From an uncultured Verrucomicrobiae bacterium (GTDB lineage: Bacteria > Verrucomicrobiota > Verrucomicrobiia > Limisphaerales > Palsa-1400), in the NCBI GenBank assembly GCA_963764165.1, contig CAVXRD010000002.1, positions 2,496,001 to 2,560,000 on the forward strand: DNA of 64,000 bases. The letters run 5' to 3'. Positions 8,093-15,953 of the stretch are shown piece by piece (position 1 is the stretch's first letter; each line of letters begins with the position of its first letter). The notes beneath the pieces were generated by a model, which worked only from the letters and a program-made list of their open reading frames with translations, ran no database searches and was not told where the DNA came from. A program made the translations under genes and the position numbers.

Positions 8093-9998
8093 GCGTCTGC
8101 TGGAGCTTTATAACATCGAATTGCGCCATCTGCGCGAAACGGCGGCTGAATTTGGCCGCGAATATCCCAAGATCGCCGGTCGTCTGGCGATCGATCCAGA
8201 CGGCAAGACAATTTGCGCCGATCCGTATGTGGAGCGGCTGCTCGAAGGCTTTGCCTTTTTGGCGGCCCGTGTTCATCTCAAACTCGATTCGGAGTTCCCC
8301 CGCTTCACCCAGGGGCTGCTGGAAACGATTTATCCCGATTACCTCTGCCCTCTTCCCGCGATGGCGATTGTCAAGTTTGATCCCGAAGAACAAGAGCCGG
8401 CCCTTGCGCAGGGCTTTGCCATCAAAAGAGGTGCGCAAATGCGCAGCCAACTTGCTAAAGGGGATCGAACCCCCTGCACATTCACGCTTGCGCACGACTT
8501 GCGACTTTTGCCATTGGTGATCAGCGAGGCGCGCTATTATCACCGCGACGTGGCGGAACTGAATCTGCCGAAGGAAGCGGGGGCCAAAGCCGCATTTCGA
8601 TTGCGGCTTCGCAAGACCGTCGGGAACCCTTTTGCCCAAATCGCGGTCAGCCCGCTGCTGGTGTTTATCCGCGGCGCGGGGGAATTGCCCGGACAAATCT
8701 ATGAGCAAATTTTCGCCCATCGAAGCTCATTAATCGTGCAGTGGACACAAGACCGGCGCCGCCAGAACAAGGTATTTAACAAAACCTGCATCCGGCAATT
8801 TGGCTTCGAGCCCGAACAGGCCCTGCTTCCGTCGGCTCCGCAAACCTTCGAAGGTTATCGCTTGCTGCGGGAGTACTTTGCGTTTCCTTCCCGCTTTTTG
8901 TTCTTTGAGCTCGCTGGCTTTCAAGAGGCGCTGGCCAAGGCGGAGGGTGAGGAAATTGACGTAATATTGGCCCTCGACCAGCCCGAGACCGGCTTGGAAG
9001 GCCGCGTCGACCGCACGAATTTTGACTTGCATTGCGCCGCAGCCATTAACTTGTTTGAAAAGAGCCTCGATCCGGTCCTCGTTTCGAACCGCGTGACGGA
9101 ATTTCATATCGTGCCCGTGCGGAATCGTCCGCTGGACTACGAAGTCTTCCAGTTGACGTCGGTGATAGGCACCGCCTCGACCCATGAGCAGGAAACGGTG
9201 TTTCTCCCCTTCTACCGTGCGCGCGACACAGATCTCTCAAGGGGGGCCTTTTACACGCTCCACCGGGTGCCGCGTCTCCTGACTGATCGTGAACAAGTCG
9301 GCGGGCCGAAATCATCCTACACTGGCACCGATGCGTTTCTTTCGATCGTTGATGCGGATATGGCGCCTGCGCTGTCGAATGTGAAGCAATTAACCATTCG
9401 CGCTCTTTGCACGAATCGGCATCTGGCCAATCAAATTGCGAAAGGCGCGGGCCGCTCGGATTTCACGCTCACCGACTTGAGCGGACCGGTCAAAGCAATC
9501 CGCATCATAGACGGGCCCACCCCGCCGCATCCGAGCCTGGTTCTGGCGGGACAGGACGTGAATTCCCCCCAGGCCGCATCAGGGCGGTTCGCCTGGCGGC
9601 TGATCAGCCATCTCTCCTTGAACTACCTTTCGCTTGTCAATAATAGCAGGGAAACTGGCGCCGAAGCATTGCGCGAAATGCTCAAGCTCTATGCCGACCC
9701 GGCTGATCGCCAGGCCCTCAAGCAGATTGACGGGTTGCGCAATGTGCGCCACCGTCCGATTATCCGCCGCGTCGAAGTGCCGGGGCCGATCAGCTTCGCC
9801 CGCGGTTTGGAGATTGGCGTCGAGTTTGATGAAAGCGCCTTTGAAGGGCAGGGTGTCTTTGTTCTGGGTGCGGTCTTGGAACGGTTCTTCGCCAAATACG
9901 TCTCCCTCAACTCATTTACAGAAACGATTGTCGCTACGCAGCAAAGAAAGGAGGTATTTCGATGGGCCGCCCAACCAGGCCTGAGACCGATGCTCTAA
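8085..9998 (+). CDS. tssF: T6SS baseplate subunit TssF
   Basis: YNIELRHLRETAAEFGREYPKIAGRL, DPYVERLLEGFAFLAARV, GYRLLREYFAFPSRFLF, AWRLISHLSLNYLSL and VLERFFAKYVSLNSFT. Confidence 0.97.
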   Translation: MDERLLELYNIELRHLRETAAEFGREYPKIAGRLAIDPDGKTICADPYVERLLEGFAFLAARVHLKLDSEFPRFTQGLLETIYPDYLCPLPAMAIVKFDPEEQEPALAQGFAIKRGAQMRSQLAKGDRTPCTFTLAHDLRLLPLVISEARYYHRDVAELNLPKEAGAKAAFRLRLRKTVGNPFAQIAVSPLLVFIRGAGELPGQIYEQIFAHRSSLIVQWTQDRRRQNKVFNKTCIRQFGFEPEQALLPSAPQTFEGYRLLREYFAFPSRFLFFELAGFQEALAKAEGEEIDVILALDQPETGLEGRVDRTNFDLHCAAAINLFEKSLDPVLVSNRVTEFHIVPVRNRPLDYEVFQLTSVIGTASTHEQETVFLPFYRARDTDLSRGAFYTLHRVPRLLTDREQVGGPKSSYTGTDAFLSIVDADMAPALSNVKQLTIRALCTNRHLANQIAKGAGRSDFTLTDLSGPVKAIRIIDGPTPPHPSLVLAGQDVNSPQAASGRFAWRLISHLSLNYLSLVNNSRETGAEALREMLKLYADPADRQALKQIDGLRNVRHRPIIRRVEVPGPISFARGLEIGVEFDESAFEGQGVFVLGAVLERFFAKYVSLNSFTETIVATQQRKEVFRWAAQPGLRPML

Positions 9999-10978
9999 TC
10001 GCTGAGGTGCTGAATAAACCGTACCATTATGAGTTTTTCGCCATCGGACGATTGCTGCAGGCTTGGAATTCCCATCTTCCCAGGCTTGGCTATTCGTTGT
10101 CGCCGTCTCAGGATGCGGTGCGCTTTGGCCAGAACCCGGTCCTCACCTTCGCCCCGTCCACCATCGAGTCTGTCGAGCGGCTGGCGGGCGGGGACGTATT
10201 GCGCGTTTTTACCCGGCATTTCGGTTTGTTTGGTCCCCACGGACCGCTGCCGACGTGTTTGACGGAGCACGCCCAAGATCGCCTGCGGCATTATGGGGAC
10301 GGAACATTTGCGGCCTTTTGCAACGTGTTTCATCACCGTCTGCTTTGCTTTTTCTACCGCGCCTGGGCTGATGCTCAAAAAACCGTTGATTTGGACCGGG
10401 CGGATGAAAGGTGGACGCATTTCATGCGCTGCCTGATTGGCATGGGGCTGGCGGGGTTTGCTGATCGCGACAGCGTGCCGGATCGTTCGAAATTGTTCTT
10501 TACCGGGAGGCTGGTCCATCAGTCGCGCAATGCGGGCGGCCTGGCCGCCATCATCCAAGATTTTTTCGGCGTGCCAGCCGAGGTGCAGAGCTTTGTGGGC
10601 CAATGGCTTGATCTGCCCGAGGAATCGACCTGCCGGCTGGGTGCTTCTCCGCACACGGGCGCGGTTGGACTGACACTCATTGTCGGGGCGCGCTTCTGGA
10701 CCTGCCAGCTTCATTTCCGCGTCCATCTCGGCCCGATGAGCCTGGAGGATTATGAGCGGCTCCTGCCCTGCGGAGATTCATTCCGGCGCTTGTGCGACTG
10801 GATTCGGCAATATGCGGGGCTGGAGTTGTCATGGGATGCGCGGCTGGTGCTGCACAAGGACAAAGTGCCTCCCGTGCAAATTGGCCGGGCGGGGCGTCTT
10901 GGTTGGACCACATGGTTGAAAACCAAGCCATTCGAACACCATGCAGATTCGCTGATTTTAACTGAACACGCCAACTGA
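9962..10978 (+). CDS. tssG: T6SS baseplate subunit TssG
   Basis: PYHYEFF, VRFGQNPVLTFAPS, FGLFGPHGPLP, FCNVFHHRLLCFFYRAW and GRLGWTTWL. Overlaps the end of tssF. Confidence 0.95.
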   Translation: MGRPTRPETDALIAEVLNKPYHYEFFAIGRLLQAWNSHLPRLGYSLSPSQDAVRFGQNPVLTFAPSTIESVERLAGGDVLRVFTRHFGLFGPHGPLPTCLTEHAQDRLRHYGDGTFAAFCNVFHHRLLCFFYRAWADAQKTVDLDRADERWTHFMRCLIGMGLAGFADRDSVPDRSKLFFTGRLVHQSRNAGGLAAIIQDFFGVPAEVQSFVGQWLDLPEESTCRLGASPHTGAVGLTLIVGARFWTCQLHFRVHLGPMSLEDYERLLPCGDSFRRLCDWIRQYAGLELSWDARLVLHKDKVPPVQIGRAGRLGWTTWLKTKPFEHHADSLILTEHAN

Positions 10979-10989
10979 GGATCATAAAC

Positions 10990-13695
10990 ATGGCTGAAAT
11001 CGAACGCTCAACACTCTTCGGCAAACTTAACCCGCTGGGTTACAAATCCATTGAAGCCGCCACCGTATTCTGCAAAATGCGCGGGAACCCCTACGTGGAA
11101 ACCGTCCACTGGCTCCATCAATTGTTGCAGCAACAGGATTGTGATCTTCTCCACATCATTAAACACTTTGACCTCGACAGCGCCAAAGTGGCGGCGGATA
11201 TCATTGCGGCGCTGGATCGGCTGCCCCGCGGCGCCACCTCCATCAGCGATTTCTCGCCCCACATCGAAAACGCCCTGCAACAGGCCTATTTATACGGGAC
11301 GCTTCTCTATGGCGAGACTCAGGTGCGCACCGGTCATCTGGTAATCGCGTTTTTGAAAACAGATTCGTTGCGCAATGTGTTCCTCGGTTTTTCAAGAGAG
11401 TTCGCGAAAATAAAAGCCGAGCAGCTGACTGATGAATTCAGCCGCATAGTGGCGGGTTCGCCCGAGGGCGGCATGAGCGCCAGCGATGGTTCAGGCCTGG
11501 CGGCGGGCGCCGCACCAGGAGAGGCCAGCGGCTCTATCGCTCCCGCGGAGATGGGCAAGCAGGAGGCCCTCAAACGGTTTACCACCGACCTGACGGAGAA
11601 GGCGCGGAAGGGCGAAATTGATCCTGTGATTGGACGTGACGACGAGATCCGCCAATGTGTCGACATTTTGATGCGCCGCCGCCAAAACAACCCCATCCTG
11701 ACGGGCGAGGCGGGAGTTGGAAAAACGGCGGTCGTCGAAGGATTCGCTCACCGTATCCTGGCGGGGGACGTTCCGCCGCCATTGCGCGACGTCTCGGTGC
11801 GGTCGCTGGATGTCGGACTGCTTCAGGCCGGCGCCAGCATGAAGGGTGAATTTGAACAGCGGTTGCGGGGGGTGGTGGACGAAATCCAAGCCTCGCCCAA
11901 ACCGATTATCCTCTTTATTGACGAGGCCCATACCCTCATCGGCGTCGGGGCCGGGGCGGGGGATGCCGCCAATTTGCTCAAGCCTGCGCTGGCCCGCGGG
12001 ACCCTCCGGACGATCGCAGCCACGACCTGGGATGAATACAAGCGTCATATAGAAAAAGACCCCGCCCTGACGCGCCGCTTCCAAGTTGTCAAAGTGGACG
12101 AACCCTCCGAGGAAAAGTGCGTTCGCATGATGCGGGCGGTGATGGTGCCCTTCGAGAAACATCACAAGGTCCAGGTTCTCGACGAGGCGATCAGCGCGGC
12201 GGTGCGGCTGTCTCATCGTTACATCGCGGGACGCCAATTGCCGGACAAGGCAGTCAGTTTAATTGACACCGCTGCGGCGCGCGTCGCAGTGAGCCAGCAC
12301 GCCGTGCCGCCGCGGGTCGATGACACCCGGCGCCGCATCCAGGCTCTGCAAACTGAAATGGAAATCCTCGGCCGCGAATCGGCCATCGGCTTGGAGCACA
12401 CGGCGCGCTTCACGGAGGTCTCGGCTCAATTGGCTGCCGAGAAAGGCAGCCTGCCCCAGCTTGAAAAGCACTGGGAGGACGAAAAGCAGCTAGTCAATAA
12501 AATTCTCGATCTGCGCTCCAAATTGCGGGCCGCCGACTCGACCATCGAGGCGCAGCCCAATACCATGCAGCCGGCCCAGCCCGCCGCCGCGCTCAGTGAG
12601 GAGGAACGATCCCGGCTGCTGGCCGAATTGAAAGATCAGCAACAGCAACTGCAGCGCTATCAGGGCGAAACGCCCCTTGTCTTTCCCACTGTGGATGCCA
12701 ATGCCGTTGGCAGCGTTGTGGCGGACTGGACGGGCATTCCCGTGGGACGCATGGTCAAGAATGAAATCGAGCAAGTTCTCGGCCTGGCCGATCTCCTGGA
12801 ACGGCGCGTCATAGGCCAGCGCCACGCGCTGGAGATGATTTCCCGCCGCATTCAAACCAGCCGGGCGAGGCTGGATAATCCCAATCGCCCCATTGGTGTT
12901 TTCATGCTCGTCGGCCCCAGCGGCACCGGCAAGACCGAGACCGCCCTGACCTTGGCCGAAACGCTTTACGGCGGAGAACAAAACCTCATCTCGATCAACA
13001 TGAGCGAGTTCCAGGAAGCGCATACCGTCAGCACCCTGAAAGGTTCGCCCCCGGGCTACGTCGGCTATGGCGAAGGCGGCGTGCTGACCGAAGCGGTCCG
13101 CCGCCGGCCTTACAGCGTCGTTCTGCTGGACGAGGTTGAAAAGGCCCACCACGACGTCCACGAAATCTTTTTTCAGGTTTTTGACAAGGGATGGATGGAA
13201 GATGCCGAAGGACGCTATATTGATTTCAAAAATACGATCATCATCTTGACGAGCAATGCGGCGCAGGATGTCATTGTCAACATGTGCCGGGACCCCGAAC
13301 TGATGCCGTTGCCTGAAGGATTGGAAAAAGCCATGCGGGCGCCGCTGACCAAAGTTTTCCCAGACGCGCTGCTGAACCGGCTGGTGGTGACACCATACTA
13401 TCCGATCAGCAAAGAGGTTCTCGGCCAGATCATCAAGCTCAACCTCGGACGGGTGCAGAAGCGCATCAAGGAAAACCACCAGGCCGCATTTACCTATGAT
13501 GAAAGCGTGCCTGAATTGATCGGCCAGCGATGCACCGAACTGGAGCGCGGCGCCCGAATGGTTGACGCGATGATTACCAATACGATGCTTCCTGAAATCG
13601 GACGGGAAATTCTGAACTGCCTGGCCCGCGGCAGTGAAATTAAACGCATTCACGCAACCACGAAGAATGGCACCTTCGAGTATCGGTTTGAGTAG
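10990..13695 (+). CDS. tssH: T6SS AAA+ ATPase TssH (ClpV)
   Basis: LFGKLN...CKMRGNPYVE N-domain; RRRQNNPILTGEAGVGKT (Walker A 1); GPSGTGKTETA (Walker A 2); INMSEFQEAHTVSTLKGSPPGYVGYGEGG. Confidence 0.97.
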   Translation: MAEIERSTLFGKLNPLGYKSIEAATVFCKMRGNPYVETVHWLHQLLQQQDCDLLHIIKHFDLDSAKVAADIIAALDRLPRGATSISDFSPHIENALQQAYLYGTLLYGETQVRTGHLVIAFLKTDSLRNVFLGFSREFAKIKAEQLTDEFSRIVAGSPEGGMSASDGSGLAAGAAPGEASGSIAPAEMGKQEALKRFTTDLTEKARKGEIDPVIGRDDEIRQCVDILMRRRQNNPILTGEAGVGKTAVVEGFAHRILAGDVPPPLRDVSVRSLDVGLLQAGASMKGEFEQRLRGVVDEIQASPKPIILFIDEAHTLIGVGAGAGDAANLLKPALARGTLRTIAATTWDEYKRHIEKDPALTRRFQVVKVDEPSEEKCVRMMRAVMVPFEKHHKVQVLDEAISAAVRLSHRYIAGRQLPDKAVSLIDTAAARVAVSQHAVPPRVDDTRRRIQALQTEMEILGRESAIGLEHTARFTEVSAQLAAEKGSLPQLEKHWEDEKQLVNKILDLRSKLRAADSTIEAQPNTMQPAQPAAALSEEERSRLLAELKDQQQQLQRYQGETPLVFPTVDANAVGSVVADWTGIPVGRMVKNEIEQVLGLADLLERRVIGQRHALEMISRRIQTSRARLDNPNRPIGVFMLVGPSGTGKTETALTLAETLYGGEQNLISINMSEFQEAHTVSTLKGSPPGYVGYGEGGVLTEAVRRRPYSVVLLDEVEKAHHDVHEIFFQVFDKGWMEDAEGRYIDFKNTIIILTSNAAQDVIVNMCRDPELMPLPEGLEKAMRAPLTKVFPDALLNRLVVTPYYPISKEVLGQIIKLNLGRVQKRIKENHQAAFTYDESVPELIGQRCTELERGARMVDAMITNTMLPEIGREILNCLARGSEIKRIHATTKNGTFEYRFE

Positions 13696-13704
13696 CATAT
13701 ATCT

Positions 13705-14517
13705 ATGCCAATGACTCTTGACGCCATTCGTTACACAGTTCGCCCGGGCGACAACCTTTCCCGTATCGCGCAAGAGCGTGGCTACGCAGATTGGAAAGCT
13801 ATCTACTTGAGCGATTGCAACGCCGCTCTGCGGCAGCGCCGCCGTGATGCCAATCTGATTCAGCCGGGCGACGTGGTGATGCTTCCGCCCAAGTCGGCGG
13901 ATGTTCAATCGACGCTCAAAAACCGGCTTGCCGCCCTCCAAGCCCTCCGCCGCCAGGTGGCGGACATGTACGGCCAAATCGAGCGTGAGTTAGACTCCAG
14001 CTACGAATCGGCCAAGGGACGCGGGGAGGCGGTCGATACCGCAGCCAAGGTACTGGGCATTTTGACTGGCTTGGGAAAAATCACCGTCAAGGGCATGGCG
14101 GCGATGAAACTCTCTGGGCATGCGCTCGCCGAAGCCAACAAGGAGCTGGGCAAGGAGGCCGTTAAGTTCTCATTCGATCCCGTGCAGGATGTCGCCCTGG
14201 AAAAATACGGCGGGAGCTTAAAATCCGAGGATTCGTTGCTATGGGCTCTTCCCAAGGTTGTAGTTCAATCCTGGATTGATATGACCACGCCAAGCTACTG
14301 GGCGAACATCTACGCCCAACTCAGGAATGGCGCTTCTTGGAGTGCGGCTGTCACGACTTCAGCCTCTGATATCCGCGCGCAGACGTTGTCGCGTTTGAAG
14401 CAACAGCAGGACGCTTCCCTGCGGGGGCTTGATGCGAAAATTGTGGAAACCAACCGGCTCCTTGGGTATTTCACAAAACCGGTGTCCACCCCGATACCTA
14501 TCAGCGCCAAACCTTAA
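13705..14517 (+). CDS. LysM-domain protein with helical C-terminal region; candidate T6SS effector
   Basis: N-terminal LysM (YTVRPGDNLSRIA...WKAIY...N...ANLIQPGDVVMLP). No signal peptide. Starts 9 nt after tssH. Confidence 0.8.
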   Translation: MPMTLDAIRYTVRPGDNLSRIAQERGYADWKAIYLSDCNAALRQRRRDANLIQPGDVVMLPPKSADVQSTLKNRLAALQALRRQVADMYGQIERELDSSYESAKGRGEAVDTAAKVLGILTGLGKITVKGMAAMKLSGHALAEANKELGKEAVKFSFDPVQDVALEKYGGSLKSEDSLLWALPKVVVQSWIDMTTPSYWANIYAQLRNGASWSAAVTTSASDIRAQTLSRLKQQQDASLRGLDAKIVETNRLLGYFTKPVSTPIPISAKP

Positions 14518-14585
14518 AGTTATGAAACAAAACAAACCCTTGCCGGCATCCGGGAGAACAAGGAACTGGAACCCGCTTTCCGCCC

Positions 14586-15071
14586 ATGGCGATTGAAGAC
14601 AAAGATGTAAACGGTTGGATTTCCAAGCTTGGCATAACGCCTGCGCCGCTGGTTCAGCGAAACATTCGCATAGCCCTGGAGTTCTTTCTTAGACAAATGC
14701 CTTCTTTGCTGGATGAAACCAAGGAGGGATTTCTGCGCGGAATCGACTTGCATTCGAATGTCCGCACGGAGTTCTTGCAGCCGGGCGCGACGGTCGCGGC
14801 ATATCGTCGAAATGGCGAAGAGCTGTTCAAGTTATTTTACACCAAAACCGGCGTGTCCAAATACGACTTGGGGATCGTGCCCTATAACCGGAAGTTCCAG
14901 AAGTTTAAGGTGGCGTTCCCGGGCGAAGTGCTGGTGTCCAAGTGTGCGAGCTACATTTACGCGTCGTCCGATGACGCTCTTGCGGGCCGGCGCCTCTGGT
15001 CAGTTCCAGGTGGCGGCCGTGGCATTCAGTTCATCATTCCCAATTCGAGACGATGCCTGATTGAAACTTAA
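14586..15071 (+). CDS. Stand-alone polymorphic toxin domain, Ntox46-like
   Basis: ALEFF...LRGIDLHSNV...LQPGATVAAY...G...LGI...R...F.V...EVLVS...WSVPGGGRGIQF resembles the Ntox46 pattern as I recall it (GIDxxxxV...LGI...EVLxS...WS...GGGxQ). Confidence 0.6.
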   Translation: MAIEDKDVNGWISKLGITPAPLVQRNIRIALEFFLRQMPSLLDETKEGFLRGIDLHSNVRTEFLQPGATVAAYRRNGEELFKLFYTKTGVSKYDLGIVPYNRKFQKFKVAFPGEVLVSKCASYIYASSDDALAGRRLWSVPGGGRGIQFIIPNSRRCLIET

Positions 15072-15100
15072 CTTATTACTTGTGCGACAGCGGCGATAAC

Positions 15101-15916
15101 ATGGCAATTTCATCTTCAAAGCTGATGTGTGGATTAGATCCATGGGACCTGGCTCCCCGGACCTGCGGGCCGTTGGGGCATAACGATGCCGCGGATCCGT
15201 TTGGCCTACTAAGTGGAGATACGCCCGGCGCGTGCGGGATCAACGATTGGGCTGCTCCGGAAAAAATAGACGAACGATCACCTGCGAAGCCATTGCCGCC
15301 GACCCCGGCTGGAAAGGACGGTGGCACGAATTTCACAGTGGAGCAGGGACAGATTACATTTGACGCTGAAGGAAACGATAATCCTAAGAGCCTCTATTTT
15401 AGCCGGCATTTGCACCATCCTTCCGATAGCTCTGGGGTGACGATTGGCCGCGGGTACGACATGAAGGAGCGCAAGGCAAAACAAGTATCGGATGATCTGG
15501 CCGCAGCTGGAGTTCCTCAAACTCTGGCGGATAAATTCGCCAAGGGCGCGGGCTTGAGCGAGGATGACGCGGATGAATTTGTTGCCGACAACCGTGACAA
15601 GCTCGGAAATATCACCCCTGAGGCGCAGAAGCAATTATTTGAGCTTGCTTATCCTGTATACCTTAAAGACGCTAAAAGGCTCTATGATAAATGGACTTCA
15701 GGTGTCAAAGGATCTGTTGCGTGGATGGATCTCAGTCAAGCTGTTCGAGACGTATTGGTTGATTTGAGGTACCAGGGAGCCGCAACGAAGGCCCGATATC
15801 TGGCCGCTGCCAAAGGGGGAACGGAAGATCTCATTGAAATCATCGCAAGCCAGCTCAAGGATTACGAACCGGGAAGGCACCGCATAGCTTACCTGCAACG
15901 ATTCGGGGCAACATGA
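15101..15916 (+). CDS. Pesticin C-terminal-like muramidase (T4-lysozyme fold); candidate peptidoglycan-targeting effector
   Basis: GQITFDAEG...SRHLHHP..SSGVTIGRGYDMKER...DL..AGV...GAGL...ITPEAQKQLF...VLVDLRYQG. ATG at 15101. Confidence 0.8.
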   Translation: MAISSSKLMCGLDPWDLAPRTCGPLGHNDAADPFGLLSGDTPGACGINDWAAPEKIDERSPAKPLPPTPAGKDGGTNFTVEQGQITFDAEGNDNPKSLYFSRHLHHPSDSSGVTIGRGYDMKERKAKQVSDDLAAAGVPQTLADKFAKGAGLSEDDADEFVADNRDKLGNITPEAQKQLFELAYPVYLKDAKRLYDKWTSGVKGSVAWMDLSQAVRDVLVDLRYQGAATKARYLAAAKGGTEDLIEIIASQLKDYEPGRHRIAYLQRFGAT

Positions 15917-15953
15917 CATCCGCTTTCGCCATAATCTAACCACTTAATTTCCC

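Noticed and set aside
12490..13977. 495-aa minus-strand ORF
   Set aside because: Antisense shadow of tssH in GC-rich DNA, with no recognisable motifs.
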